From the human T2T-CHM13v2.0 reference genome, Homo sapiens: a DNA stretch of 64,000 bases. Position 1 is the first letter of the stretch, and each line of letters begins with the position of its first letter. The position numbers and the translations under genes are program-made. The notes under the pieces were generated by a model. The model worked only from the letters and a program-made list of their open reading frames with translations, did no database searches and was not told where the DNA came from. This document shows, in pieces, positions 1 to 16,900 of the stretch. The DNA lies in the NCBI RefSeq assembly GCF_009914755.1, contig NC_060929.1; one strand, given 5' to 3'.

Positions 1-1050
1 CTGCTCTATCAAAAGGAAGGTGTAACTCTGTCAGTTGAATGCACACATCAGAAAAAAGTTTCTGAGAATGCTTCTGTCTAGTTTTTCTGTGAAGATATTC
101 CCATTTCCAAAGAAGGCCTCAAGGCAGTCCAAATATCCACTTGCAGATTCTACAAAAGGAGGGTTTCAAAACTGCTCTATCAAAAGAAAGATTAAACTCT
201 GTGAGCTGAATGCACCCAAAACAAAGCAGTTTCTGAGAATGTTTCTTTCTAGTTTTTATGTGAAGATATTCCCATTTCCAACGAAGGTTCCAAAGTACTC
301 CAGATATCCACTTGGAGATCCTACAATAAGAGTTTTTCAAAACTGCTCTATCAAAAGGAAGGTTCAACCCTGTGAGTTGAATTCACACATCACAAAGAAG
401 TTTCTGAGAATGCAACTGTCTAGTTTTTATGTGAAGATATAGCCGTTTCCAATGAAGACTTCAAAGTACTCCAATTAACCACTTGCAGATTCTACAAAAA
501 GAGTGTTTCAAAACTGCTCTATGAAAAGGAATGTTCAACTCCGTGACTTGAATGCACACATCACAAAAAAGTTTCTGAGAATGCTTCTGTCTAGTTTTAA
601 TGTGAAGATATTCCCATTACCAAAGAAGGCCTCAAAGCAGTACAAATATCCACTTGCAGATTCAACAGAAAGAGTGTTTCAAAACTGCTCTATCAAAACA
701 ATGGTTCAACTCTGTGAGTCGAATGCAGACATCACAAAGTAGTTTCTGAGAATGCTTCTGTCTCGTTTTTATGTGAAGATATTTCTTTTTCCACCATAGT
801 CCTCAAAGTTCTCCCAATGTCAACTTGCAGATTCTACAAAAAGTGTGTTACAAAACTGTTATATCAAAAGAAAGGCTCAATTCTGTAAGTTGAATGCACA
901 CACCACAAAGATGTTTCTCAGAATGCTTTTGTCTAGTTTTTATGTGAATATATTCCAGTTTCCAATGAAGACTTCAAAGGAATAGAATTTTCCACTTGCA
1001 GATTCTGCAAAAAGAGGGTTTCAAAACTACTTTATCAAAAGAAAATTTAA
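1..1050 (-). repeat. Alpha satellite, divergent/monomeric-looking (~6 monomers of ~171 bp)
   Basis: Recurrent motif gtttctgagaatgcttctgtctagtttttatgtgaagatatt...tccacttgcagattctacaaaaagagtgtttcaaaactgctctatcaaaag every ~171 bp. This is the reverse complement of the conventional alphoid consensus (CATTCTCAGAAAC...). Neighbouring monomers differ substantially. Confidence 0.98.
1037..1050 (+). repeat. L1 target-site duplication, 5' copy (aaaagaaaatttaa)
   Basis: Matches aaaagaaaagttaa at 7081-7094 with one mismatch. It is preceded by tc, giving an L1 endonuclease-type TC/AAAA site (5'-TTTT/GA-3' on the bottom strand). Confidence 0.9.
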
Positions 1051-1959
1051 GGGGGAGAGGAGCCAAGATGGCTGAATAGGAACAGCTCCGGTCTACAGCT
1101 TCCAGCCTGAGCGACATAGAAGACCGGTGATTTCTGCATTTCTATCTGAGGTGCTGGGTTCATTTCACTAGGGAGTCCCAGACAGTGGGGGCAGGTCAGT
1201 GGGTGCGTACACCATGCAGGAGCCGAAGCGGGGCGTGTCATTGCCTCACTCGGGAAGTGCAGGGGTTCAGGGAGTTACTTTTCCTAGTCAAAGAAAGGGA
1301 TGACAGAGGGCATCTGGAAGATTGGGTCACTCCCACCCTAATACAGCGCTTTTCCGACGGGCTTAAAAAACGGCACACCAGGAGATTGTGTCCCACACCT
1401 GGCTCAGAAGGTCCTATGCCCAGGGAGTCTACCTGATTGCTAGCACAGCAGTCTTAGATCAAACTGCAAGGCGGCAGTGAGGCTGGGGGAGGGGCGCCCA
1501 CCATTGCCCAGGCTTGCTTAGGTAAACAAAGCAGCCAGGAAGCTGGAACAGGGTGGAGCCCACCACAGCTCAAGGAGGCCTGCCTGCCTCTGTAGGCTCC
1601 ACCTCTGGGGGCAGGGCACAGACAAACAAAAAGACAGCAGTAACCTCTGCAGACTTAAGTGTCCCTGTCTGAAAGCTTTGAAGAGAGCAGTGGTTCTCCC
1701 AGCACACAGCTGGAGATCTGAGGACCAGCAGACTGCCTCCTCAAGTGGGTCCCTGACCCCTGACACCCCAGAAGCCTAACTGGGAGGCACTTCCTAGCAG
1801 GGGCAGACTGACACCTCACACGGCCAGGTACTCCAACAGACCTGCAGCTGAGGGTCCTGTCTGTTAGAAGGAAAACTAACAAACAGAAAGCACATCCACA
1901 CCAAAAACCCATCTGTACATCACCATCATCAAAGACCAAAAGTAGATAATACCACAAGG
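1051..1959 (+). promoter_or_regulatory. L1 5'UTR internal Pol II promoter region (also known to carry an antisense promoter); CpG-eroded
   Basis: Lies between the L1 5' end and the ORF1 ATG. YY1-type core caagatggc is at 1064-1072, followed by tg instead of cg. Many CpG>TpG/CpA changes. Promoter activity is inferred from family knowledge only. Confidence 0.75.
1454..1504 (-). pseudogene. L1 ORF0 remnant, truncated after 16 codons
   Basis: The minus strand from 1504 reads MVGAPPPASLPPCSLI* and matches the L1 ORF0 N-terminus MAGAPPPASLPPCSLIS. TCA>TAA stop at 1456-1454. Confidence 0.8.
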
Positions 1960-2978
1960 ATGGGGAGAAAACAGAGCAGAAAAACTGGAAACTCTAAAAA
2001 GCAGAGCGCCTCTCCTCCTCCAAAGGAACGCAGTTCCTCACCAGCAATGGGACAAAGCTGGATGGAGAATGACTTTGATGAGTTGCAAGAAGAAGGCTTC
2101 AGATGATCAAATTATTCCAAGCTATGAGAGGACATTCAAACCAAAGGCAAAGAAGTTGAAAACTTTGAAAAAAAATTAGAAGAATGTATAACTAGAATAA
2201 CCAATACAGAGAAGTGCTTAAAGGAGCTGATGCAGCTGAAAACCAAGGCTCGAGAACTACGTGAAGAATGCAGAAGCCTCAGGAGCTGATGCCATCAACT
2301 GGAACAAAAGGTATCAGTGATGGAAGATGAAATGAATGAAATGAAGTGAGAAGGGAAGTTTAGAGAAAAAAGAATAAAAAGAAATGAGCAAAGCCTCCAA
2401 GAAATATGGGACTATGTGAAAAGACCAAATCTACGTCTGATTGGTGTACCTGAAAGTGATGGGGAGAATGGAACCAAGTTGGAAAACACTCTGCAGGATA
2501 TTATCCAGGAGAACTGCCCCAATCTACCAAAGCAGGCCAACATTCAGATTCAGTAAATACAGAGAATACCCCAAAGATACTCCTCGAGAAGAGCAACTCC
2601 GAGACACATAATTGTCAGATTCACCAAAGTTGAAATGAAGGAAAAAATGTTAAGGGCAGCCAGAGAGAAAGGTCGGGTTACCCTCACGAAGGGAAGCCCA
2701 TCAGACTAACAGTGGATCTCTCGGCAGAAACTCTACAAGCCAGAAGACAGTGGGGGCCAATATTAAACATTCTTAAAGAAAAGAATTTTCAACCCAGAAT
2801 TTCATATCCAGCCAAACTAAGCTTCATAAGTGAAGGAGAAATAAAATACTTTACAAACAAGCAAATGCTGAGAGATTTTGTCACCACCAGGACTGCCCTA
2901 AAAGAGCTCCTGAAGGAAGCACTCAACATGGAAAGGAACAACCGGTATCAGCCACTGCAAAATCATACCAAAATGTAA
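1960..2978 (+). pseudogene. L1 ORF1p (RNA-binding/chaperone) pseudogene
   Basis: ATG at 1960 (MGRKQSRKTGNSK), ending ...ERNNRYQPLQNHTKM* at 2978. In-frame stops at 2104, 2125, 2287, 2347 (TGA) and 2554 (TAA). A +2 frameshift near 2686 gives 1019 nt versus the canonical 1017. Confidence 0.95.
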
Positions 2979-3041
2979 AGACCATCAAGGCTAGGAAGAA
3001 ACTGCATCAACTAACGAGCAAAATCACCAGCTAACATCATA

Positions 3042-6860
<3,819 letters not shown>

Positions 6861-7080
6861 ACAATGAGAACACATGGACACAGGAAAAGGAACATCACAC
6901 TCTGGGGACTGTTGTGGGGTGGGGGGAGGGGGAGGGATAGCATTGGGAGATACACCTAATGCTAGATGACGAGTTAGTGGGTGCAGCACACCAGCATGGC
7001 ACATGTATACATATGTAACTAACCTGCATATTGTGCACATGTACCCTAAAACTTAAAGTATATTAATTATAAATAAAAAA
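6861..7080 (+). other. L1 3'UTR with G-rich tract, polyadenylation signal and short degenerate A-tail
   Basis: G-tract ggggtggggggaggggggagggat at ~6915-6938. The canonical end gtaccctaaaacttaaagtat is followed by attaattataaataaaaaa, with AATAAA at 7072-7077. Confidence 0.9.
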
Positions 7081-7094
7081 AAAAGAAAAGTTAA
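7081..7094 (+). repeat. L1 target-site duplication, 3' copy (aaaagaaaagttaa)
   Basis: Directly follows the A-tail and resumes the interrupted alphoid monomer (ttaaattctgtgagttg). The exact A-tail/TSD border is ambiguous by a few A residues. Confidence 0.9.
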
Positions 7095-10000
7095 ATTCTG
7101 TGAGTTGTAAGCACACATCACAAAGTAGTCTCTGAGAATGCTTCTGTCTAGTTTTTGTATGAAGATATTTCCTTTTCTACCATAGGCCTCAAATCAGTCC
7201 AAAAATCAATTGCAGATTATACAAAAAGAGTGTTTCAAAACTGCTCTATAAAATGGAATGTTAAATTCTGTGAGTTTAATACTCACATCACAAAGTAGTT
7301 TCTGAGAATGCTTCTGTCTAGTTTTTATGTGAAGATATTCCCGTTTCCAATGAAGGCCTCAAATCAGTCCAAATATCCACTAGCAGAGTCTACAAAAGAG
7401 TGTTTCAAAACTTCCCTTTGAAAAGAAAGGTTCAACACTGTGAGTTGAATGCGCACATCACAAAGAAGTTTCTGAGAATGCCTCAGTCTGCTATTCATGT
7501 GAAGAAATTCCCGTTTCCAACGATTTCCTCAAAGCAGTCAAAATATCCACTTGCAGACTATACCAAAAGAGGGTTTCAAAATTGCTCTATCAAAAGAAAG
7601 TTTAAACTCCGTGAGTTGAATGCACACATCACAAAATAGTTTCTGAGAATGCTTCTTTCTAGTTTTTATTTAAAGAAATTACATTTTCTACCAGAGGCCT
7701 CAAAGTGCTCCAAATATCCACTTGCGGATTCTACAAAAACAGTGTTTCAAATCTGCTCTGCCAGAAGGAGGGTTCAACTCTGAGTTGAATGCGCACATCA
7801 CAGAGCAGTTTCTGAGAATCCTTCTGTCTAGTTTTTATGTGAAGATATTCCAGTTTCCAACGAAGGCTTCAAAGCACTCCAAATATCCATTTGCATATTC
7901 TACAAAAAGAGTGTTTCAAAACTGCACTATCAAAAGGAAGGTTCAAATCTGTGAGTTGAATGCACACATCAGAAAGAAGTTTCTGAGAATGATTCTATCT
8001 AGTTTTTATGTGGAGATATTCCCATTTCCAACAAAGGCTTCAAACCACTCCAAATATCCACTTGCAGATTCTACAAAAAGAGTGTTTCAAAACTGCTCTA
8101 TCAAAAGGAAGGTTCATCTCTGTGAGTTGAAGGCAGAAATCACAAAAAAATTTCTGAGAATGCATCTGTCTAGTTTTTATGTGAAGATATACCTGTATCC
8201 AATGAAGACTTCAAAGTACTCAGATTATCCACTTGCAGATTCTACGAAAAGAGTGTTTCAAAACTGTACTATCAAAAGGAAGTTTCAATTCTGTGAGTTG
8301 AATGCATACATTACAAGGAACTTTCTGAGAATGGTTCTGTCCAGTTTTTATGTGAATATATTCCCGTCTCCAACGTAGGCTTCAAAGCACTCAAAATATC
8401 CACTTGCAGATACTACAAAAAGATTGTTTCAAAACTGCACTATCAAAATGAAGGTTCAACTCTGTGAATTGAATGCACATATCTAAAAAAAGTTTCTGAG
8501 AATACTTCTGTCTAGTTTTTATATGAAGATATTACTGTTTCCAACGAAGGCCTCAAAGCAGTCCAAATATCCACTTGCAGATTCTACAAAAAGACTGTTT
8601 CAAAACTGCTATATCAAAAGAAATGTTCAACTCTCTGAATTGAATGCAAACATCACAAAGAAGTTTCTGAGAATACTTCTATCTGGTTTTTATGTGAAGA
8701 TATTCCCGTTTCCAATGAGGGCCTAAAAGCAGTTGAAATATCCACTTGCAGATTAAACAAAAAGTGTGTTTCAAAACTGCTCTCTGAAAAGGAAGTTTCA
8801 ACTCGGTGAGTTCAATGCACACATGACAAATAAGTTTCTGAGAATGATTCTGTTTAGTTTTTCTGTGAAGATATTCCCGATTCCAATGAAGGCTTCAAAG
8901 CAGTCCAAATATCCACTTGCAAATTCTACAAATAGTGTATTTCAAAACTGCTCTATTAAAAGGAAGGTTCAAATCTCTGAATTGAATACACACTTCACAA
9001 AGAAGTTTCAGAGAATGCTTCTCTCTAGTTTTTATGTGAAGATATTCCCGTTTCCAATGAAGGCCTCAAAGCAGTCCAAATATCCACTTGCAGATCGTAC
9101 GAAAAGAGTGTTTCAAAACTGCTGTATCAAAAGAAAGGTTCAAATCTAAGTGTTGAATGCACACATCACAAAGAAGTTTCTGAGAATGCTTCTGTCTAGT
9201 TTATAGGTGAAGATATTCCCGTTTACACCAAAGGCTTCAAAGCACTCCAATTATCCACTTGCAAATTCTACAAAAAGAGTGTTTCAAAACGACACTATCA
9301 AAAGGAAGGCTCAATTCTGCAAGTTGAAAGCACACATCACAAAGATGTTTCTGTGAATGCTTCTGTCTAGTTTTTATGTAAAGATATTCCCGATTCCAGT
9401 GAATGCTTCAAGGCACTCCAATTATCCACTTGTATATTCTACAAAAAGAGGGTTACGAAACTACTCTATCAAAAGAAAAGTTAAATTCTGTGAGTTGTAA
9501 GCACACATCACTAAGTAGTTTCTGAGAATGCTTCTGTCTAGTTTTTGTATGAGGATATTCCCTTTTCTACCATAGGCCTCAAATCGCTCCAAATATCCAA
9601 TTGCAGATTCTACAAAAAGAGTGTTCAAAACTGCTCTATCAAAAGGAAGGTTAAATTCTGTGACTTGAATACTCACATCACAAAGTAGTTTCTGAGAATG
9701 TTTCGGTCTAGTTTTTATGTGGAGATATTCCCGTTTCCAATGAAGGCCTCAAAGCAGTCCAAATATCCACTTACAGATTCTACAAAAAGAGTGTTTCAAA
9801 ACCTCCTTTGAAAAGAAAGGTTCAACTCTGTGAGTTGAATGCAAACACCACAAAGAAGTTTCTGAGAATGCCTGAGTCTGGTTTTTATGTGAAGATATTC
9901 CCGTTACCAGTGAATTCCTCAAAGCAGTCAAAATATCCACTTGCAAATTATACAAAAAGAGGGATTCAAAACTGCTCTATCAAAAGGAAGGTTCAACTCT

Positions 10001-10900
10001 GTGAGTTGAAAGCACAAATCACAACGAAGTTTCTGAGAATGCATCTGTCTAGTTTCATGTGAAGATATATCTGTATCCAATGAAGACTTCAAAGTACTCC
10101 AATTAACCACTTGCAGATTCTACAAAGAGTGTTTCAAAACTGCACTATCAAAAGGAAGGTTCAATTCTGTCAGTTGAATGCATACACTACAAGGAACTTT
10201 CTGAGAATGTTTCTGTCTAGTTTTTATGTGAATAGGTTTCTGCTTCCAACGAAGGCTTCAAAGCACTCCAAATATCCACTTGCAGATACTGCAAAAAGAG
10301 TGCTTCAAAACTGCACTATCAAAATGAAGGTACAAGGCTGTGACTTGAATGCCCATATCTCAAAGTGGTTTCTGAGAATGCTTTTGTCTACTTTTTATGT
10401 GAACATATTACTGTTTCCAACGAAGGTCTCAAATCTGTCCAAATATCCAGTTGCAGATACTACAAAAAGAGTGTTTCAAAACTGCTCTATCAAAAGGAAG
10501 GATCACCCCTGTGAGTTGAATGCACACATCACAGAGAAGTTCCTGAGAATGCTTCTGTCTAGTTTTTATATGAAGTTATTTGGATTTCCAATGAAGGCCT
10601 CAAATCAGTAGAAATATCCACCTGCAGATTCTTCAAAAGTAGTGTTTCAAAACTGCCCTATCAAAAGGAAGGTTCAACTCTCTGGGTTGAATGCACACAT
10701 CACCAAGAAGTTTCTGAGAATGCTTTTGTCTTGTATTAATGTGAAGATATTTCCTTTTTCACCACAGCCCTCCAAGTGCTCCAAATGTCCACTTGCAGAT
10801 TCTACAAAAAGAGTGTCTCAAAAATACTCTATCAAAAGAAAAGTTGAACAGTCTGTGTTGAATGCACACATCACAAAGTTGTTTCTGAGAATGCTTCTGT
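7081..10900 (-). repeat. Alpha satellite, divergent monomers with relic higher-order periodicity (~22 monomers)
   Basis: ~171-bp alphoid monomers in the same orientation as 1-1050. Rare diagnostic words recur at offsets of ~2390 and ~1878 bp. Confidence 0.95.
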
Positions 10901-13900
10901 CTACTATTTATATGAAGATATTTCTTTTTCTACCATAGGCCTCAAATCGCTCCAAATATCCACTTGCAGATTCTACAAAAACAGTGTTTCAAAACTGCTC
11001 CATAAAAAAGGAAGGTTCAACTCTGTGAGTTGAATACACACATCACAAAGAAGTTTCTGAGAATGCTTCCGTCTAGTGTTTATGTGAAGATATTCCCGTT
11101 TCCGATGAAGGCCTCAAAGCAGTCCAAATATCCACTTGCAGATTCTACAAAAATAGTGTTTCAAAACTACTCTATGGAAAGGTATGTTCAACACTGTGAG
11201 ATGAATGCAAACGTCACAAAGAAGTTGCTGAGAATGCTTCAGTCTAGTTTCTATGGGAAGACATTTCCTTTTGCACCACAGCCCTCAAAGCACTCCAAAT
11301 ATCTACTTGCAGATTCGATATAAGAGTTTTTCAAAACCGCTCTATCAAAAGGAAGGTTCAAATCTGTGAGTTGAATGGAGAGATCACAAAGTAGTTTCTG
11401 AGAATGCTTCTGTCTAGTGTTTATGTGAAGATATTCCCGTTTCCGATGAAGGCCTCAGAGCAGTCCAAATATCCACTTGCAGATTCTACAAAAATAGTGT
11501 TTCAAAACTACTCTATGAAAAGGTATGTTCAACACTGTGAGATGAATGCAAACGTCACAAAGAAGTTGCTGAGAATGCTTCAGTCTAGTTTCTATGTGAT
11601 GATATTTCCTTTTCGACTACAGCCCTCAAAGAACTCCAAATGTCTACTTGCAGATTCGATAAAAGAGTTCTTCAAAACTGTTCAATCAAAAGAAAGCTTC
11701 AACACTGTGAGTTGAATCTACATATAACAAAAAAGTTTCTGAGAATGCCTCTATCTACTTTTTATGTGAAGATATTCCAGTTTCCAATGAAGGCCTCAAA
11801 GTGCTCCAAATATCTACTTGCAGATTCTACCAAAAGAGTGTTTGAAAACTGCTCTATTGAAGGAAGGTTCTACTCTGTGAGTTGAATTCACACATCACAA
11901 AGAAGTTTCTGAGAATGCTACTATCTAGTTTTTATGTGAAGATATTACTATTTCTTCTGAAGGCCTCAAAGTGGTCCAAATATCCACTTGCAGATTCTAC
12001 AAAAAGAGGATTTCAAAACTGCTCTATGAAGAGGGAAGTTCAACTCTGGTAGTTGAATGCAAACATCACAAAGCAGTTTCTGAGAATGCTTCTGTCTAGT
12101 TTTGATATGCAGATATTTCTTTCTCTACCATAGGCTTCAAAGCGCTCCAAATATCCACTTGCAGATTCTACAAAAACAGTGTTTCAAAACGGCTCCATAA
12201 AAAGGAAGGTTCAACTCTGTGAGTTGAATGGACACATCACAAAGAAGTTTCTGAGAATGCTTCTGTCTAGTGTTTATGTGTAGATATTCCCGTTTCCAGT
12301 GAAGGCCTCAACGCAGTCCAAATATCCAATTGCAGATTCTACAAAAAGAGTGTTTCAAAACTGCTCTATGAAAAGGTATGTTCAACACTGTGAGATGAAT
12401 GCAAACGTCACAAGGAAGTTGTTGAGAATGATTCAGTTTACTTTCTATGTGAAGATAATTCCTTTTCGACCACAGCCCTCAAAGCACTCCAAATGTCTAC
12501 TTGCAGATTCGATAAAAGAGTTTCCAAACTGCTCTATCAAAAGAAAGGTTCAACGCTGTGAGTTGAATCTACATATCACAAAAAAGTTTCTGAGAATGCC
12601 TCTATCTATTTTTTATGTGAAGACATTCCGGTTTCCAACGAAGGCCTCAAAGCGCTCCAAATATCTATTGCAGATTCTACAAAAAGAGTGTTTCAAAACT
12701 GCTCTATTTAACGAAGGTTCAACTCTGTGAGTTGAATTCACACATCACAAAGAAGTTTCTGAGAATGCTTCCATCTAGTTTTTATGTGAAGATATTACTG
12801 TATCTATGAAGGCCTCAAAGTGGTCCAAATATCCACTTGCAGATTCTACAAAAAGAGGTTTTCAAAACTGATCTATGAAGAGGTATGTTCAACTCTGTGA
12901 GTTGAATGCAAACATCACAAAGCAGTTTCTGAGAATGCTTCTGTCTAGTTTTTAGGGGCAGATATTTGCATTGGCACAATAGCCCTCAAAGCGCTCCAAA
13001 TATCCACTGGCAGATTCTACCAAAAGAGTGTTTCAAAACTGCTCTGTGAAAAGAAATGTTCAACTGTGTTAGTTGAATGCCCACATCACAAAGAAGATTC
13101 TGAGAATATTTCTGTCTAGTTTTTATTAGAAGATATTCCCGTTTCCACCAAAGGACTCAAAGCGCCCCAAATATCCACATACAGATCTTACAGAAACACG
13201 TTTCAAAACTGCTCTATCAAAGGAAAGGTTCATCTCTCTGAGTTCAACGCACACATCACAAAGAAGTTTCTGAGAATGCTTCTGGCTAGTTTGTATGTGA
13301 AGATATTCCCAATTCCAACAAAGGCTTCAAAGAGCTCCAAATATTCACCTAAAATTGTACAAAAGAGTGTTTCAAAACTGTTCTATGAAAAAGGAAGGTT
13401 CAAATCTGTGAGTTGAATGCACACTTCACATAGATGTTTCTGAGAATGCTTCTTTCTAGTTTTTATGTGAAGATATTTCCTTCTCCACCATAGCCCTCAA
13501 TGCGCTCCAAATGTCCACTGGCAGATTCCACAGAAACAGTGTTTCAAAACTGCTCTAATAAAAGAAAGGTCCAACTCCGTGATTTGAATGCACACATCAC
13601 GAAGCAGTTTCTGTGAATCTTTCTGTCTAGTTTTTAAATGAGGACATTACCTTTTCTACCACGGGCATCAAAGCGTTCGAAATATCCAATTGTAGATTGT
13701 ACAAAAGGAGTGTTTCAAAACTGCTTTATGAAAAGGAAGGTTCAACTTTGGGAGTAGAATGCACACATCACGAAGAAGTTTCTGAGAATGCTTCAGTCCA
13801 GTTTATATGTGAAGATATTCCCATTTCCAGCGAAGGTCTCAAAGCGGTCCAAATATCCACTTGCGGATTCCACAAAAAGAGTGTTTCAAAACTGCTCTAT

Positions 13901-13964
13901 GGAAAGGTATGTTCAACTCTGTGAGTTTGATGCAAACATCATAAAGAAGTTTCTGAGAATGCTT
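10901..13964 (-). repeat. Divergent/rearranged copies of the 13-mer alpha-satellite HOR (array edge)
   Basis: Monomers are assignable to the 13-mer by signature words (aatagtgtttcaaaactactctatg, cagattcgataaaagag, ttttattagaag, tttgggagtagaatgc). Numbered along the + strand, the order is 13,1,2,1,2,3,4/12,13 and then 1-10 continuing into the next block. Confidence 0.85.
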
Positions 13965-16900
13965 CTGTCTAGTTTAATGTGAATATATTTTCTTTTCCAC
14001 CATAGCCCTCAAAGAGCTCCAAATATCCACTTTCAGATTCTACAGAGTGTTTCAAAACTGCTCTATCAAAAAAAAGGTTCAACTCTGTGAGTTGAATGCA
14101 CATAACACAAAGTAGTTTCTGAGAATGATTTTGTCTATTTTTCATAGGAAGATATTTCCTTTTTGACCATAGGCCTCAAAAATCGCTCCAGATATCCACA
14201 TGCAGATTCTACAAAAAGAGTGTTTCAAAACTGCTCTATCAAAAGGAAGGTTCAACTCTGGAAGTTGAAGGCAAACATCACAAACAAGTTTCTGAGAATG
14301 CTTCTGTCTAGTTTTTAGAGGCAGATATTTCCTTTTCTACCATAGGCCTCAAAGCGCTCCAAATATCCACTTGCAGATTCTACAAAAACAGTGGTTCAAA
14401 ACGGCTCCATATGAACGAAGGTTCAACTCTGTGAGTTGAATGGACAGATCACAAAGAAGTTTCTGAGAATGCTTCTGTCTAGTGTTTATGTGAAGAAATT
14501 CCCGTTTCCAGTGAAGGCCTCAACGCAGTCCAAATATCCAAATGCAGATTTTACAAAAAGAGTGTTTCAATACTGCTCTATGAAAAAGTATGTTCAACAT
14601 TGTGAGATGAGTGCAAACGTCACAAAGAAGTTGCTGAGAATGCTTCAGTCTGGTTTCTTTGTGAAGACATTTCCTTTTGGACCACAGCCCTCACAGCACT
14701 CCAAATGTCTACTTGCAGATTCGAGAAAAGAGTTTTTCAAAACTGCTCTATCAAAAGAAAGGTTCAACGCTGTCAGTTGAATCTACATATCACAAAAAAG
14801 TTTCTGAGAATGCCTCTATCTACTTTTTATGTGAAGATATTCCGGTTTCCAACGAAGGCCTCAAAGCACTCCAAATATCTACTTGCAGATTCTAGAAAAA
14901 GAGTGTTTCAAAACTGCTCTATTAAAGGAAGGTTCAACTCTGTGAGTTGAATTCACACATCTCAAAGAAGTTTCTCAGAATGCTTCTATCGAGTTTTTAT
15001 GAGAATATATTACTGTTTCCTATGAAGGCCTCAAAGTGGTCCAAATATCCACTTGCAGATAATACAAAAAGAAGTTTTGAAACCTGCTCTATGAAGAGGT
15101 ATGTTCAACTATGTGAGTTGAATGCAAACATCACAAAGTAGTTTCTGAGAATGCTTCTGTCTAGTTTTTAGGTGAAGATATTTCCATTTCCAGGAAAGGT
15201 CACAAAGTGGTCCAAATATCCACTTGCAGATTCTACAAAAAGAGGTTTTAAAAACAGCTCTATGAAGGGGTATGTTCAACTCTGTGAGTTGAATGCAAAC
15301 ATCAAAAAGTAGTTTCTGAGGATGCTTCTTTCTAGTTTTTATCTGAAGATATTTCCTTCTCTACCATAGCCCTCAAAGCGCTCCAAGTGTCCGCAGGCAG
15401 ATTCCACAGAGACAGTGTTTCAAAACTGCTCTAGCAAGAGAAAGGTTCAACTCCGTGATATGAATGCACACATCACAAAGCATTTTCTGTGAATCCTTCT
15501 GTCTAGTTTTTATATGAGGATATTTCCTTTTCTACCATGGGCATCAAAGAGTTCCAAATATCCAATTGTAGATTCTACAAATAGAGTGTTTCAAAACTGC
15601 TTCATGAAAAGGAAGATTCAAATTTGGGAGTAGAATGCACACATCACGAAGAAGTTTCTGAGAATGCTTCTGTCTAGTTTATATGTGAAGATATTCCCAT
15701 TTCCAGCAAAGGTCTCAAAGCGGCCCAAATATCCACTTGCGGATCCCACAAACAGAGTGTTTCAAAACTGCTCTACGGAAAGGTATGTTCAACTCTGTGA
15801 GTTTACTGCAAACATCCTAAAGAAGTTTCTGAGAATGCTGCTGTCTAGTTTAATGTGAATATATTTTCTTTTTCGCCATAGCCCTCAAATAGTTCCAAAT
15901 ATACACTTTCAGATTCTACAGAGTGTTTCAAAACTGCTCTATCAAAAAAAAGTTTCAACTCGGTGAGTCGAATGCACATATCACAAAGCAGTTTCTGAGA
16001 ATGCTTTCGTCTATTTTTCCCAGGAAGATATTTCCTTTTTGACCGCAGGCCTCAAATCGCTCCAGATATCCACATGCAGATTCTACAAAAAGAGTGTTTC
16101 CAAACTGCCCTATCAAAAGGAAGGTTCAACTCTGGTAGTTGAATGCAAACATCACAAAGAAGTTTCTCAGAATGCTTCTGTCTAGTTGTTATAGGCAGAT
16201 ATTTCGTTTTCTACCATAGGCCTCAAAGCGCTCTAAATATCCACTTGCAGATCCTCCAAAAACAATGTTTCAAAACTGCTCCATAAAAAGGAAGGTTCAA
16301 CTCTGTGAGTTGAATGGACAGATCACCAAGAAGTTTCTGAGAATGCTTCTGTCTAGTGTTTATGTGAAGATATTCCCGTTTCCGATGAAGGCCTCAAAGC
16401 AGTCCAAATATCCACTTGCAGATTCTACAAAAATAGTGTTTCAAAACTGCTCTATGGAAAGGTATGTTCAACACTGTGAGATGAATGCAAACGTCACAAG
16501 GAAGTTGCTGAGAATGCTTCAGTCTAGTTTCTATGGGAAGACATTTCCTTTTGCACCACAGCCCTCAAAGCACTCCAAATGTCTACTTGCAGATTCGATA
16601 AAAGAGTTTTTCAAAACTACTCTATCAAAAGAAAGGTTCAACGCTGTGAGTTGAATCTACATATCACAAAAAAGTTTCTGAGAATGCCTCTATCTACTTT
16701 TTATGTGAAGGTATTCCGGTTTCCAACGAAGGCCTCAAAGCGCTCCAAATATCTACTTGCAGACTCTGGAAAAAGAGTGTTTCAAAATTGCTCTATTAAA
16801 GGAAGGTTCATCTCTGTGAGTTGAATTCACACATTACAAAGAACTTTCTGACAATGCTTCTATCTAGTTTTTATGTGAAGATATTACTGTTTCCTATGAA

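Noticed and set aside
1047-1957. Short ORFs on both strands of the L1 5'UTR (1047-1241, 1185-1436, 1518-1766, 1655-1957)
   Set aside because: These are chance ORFs in GC-rich UTR sequence. The only recognised antisense ORF (ORF0) is truncated at codon 17.
6904-6940. G-quadruplex-like G-rich tract
   Set aside because: This is a standard feature of the L1PA 3'UTR and is not specific to this locus.
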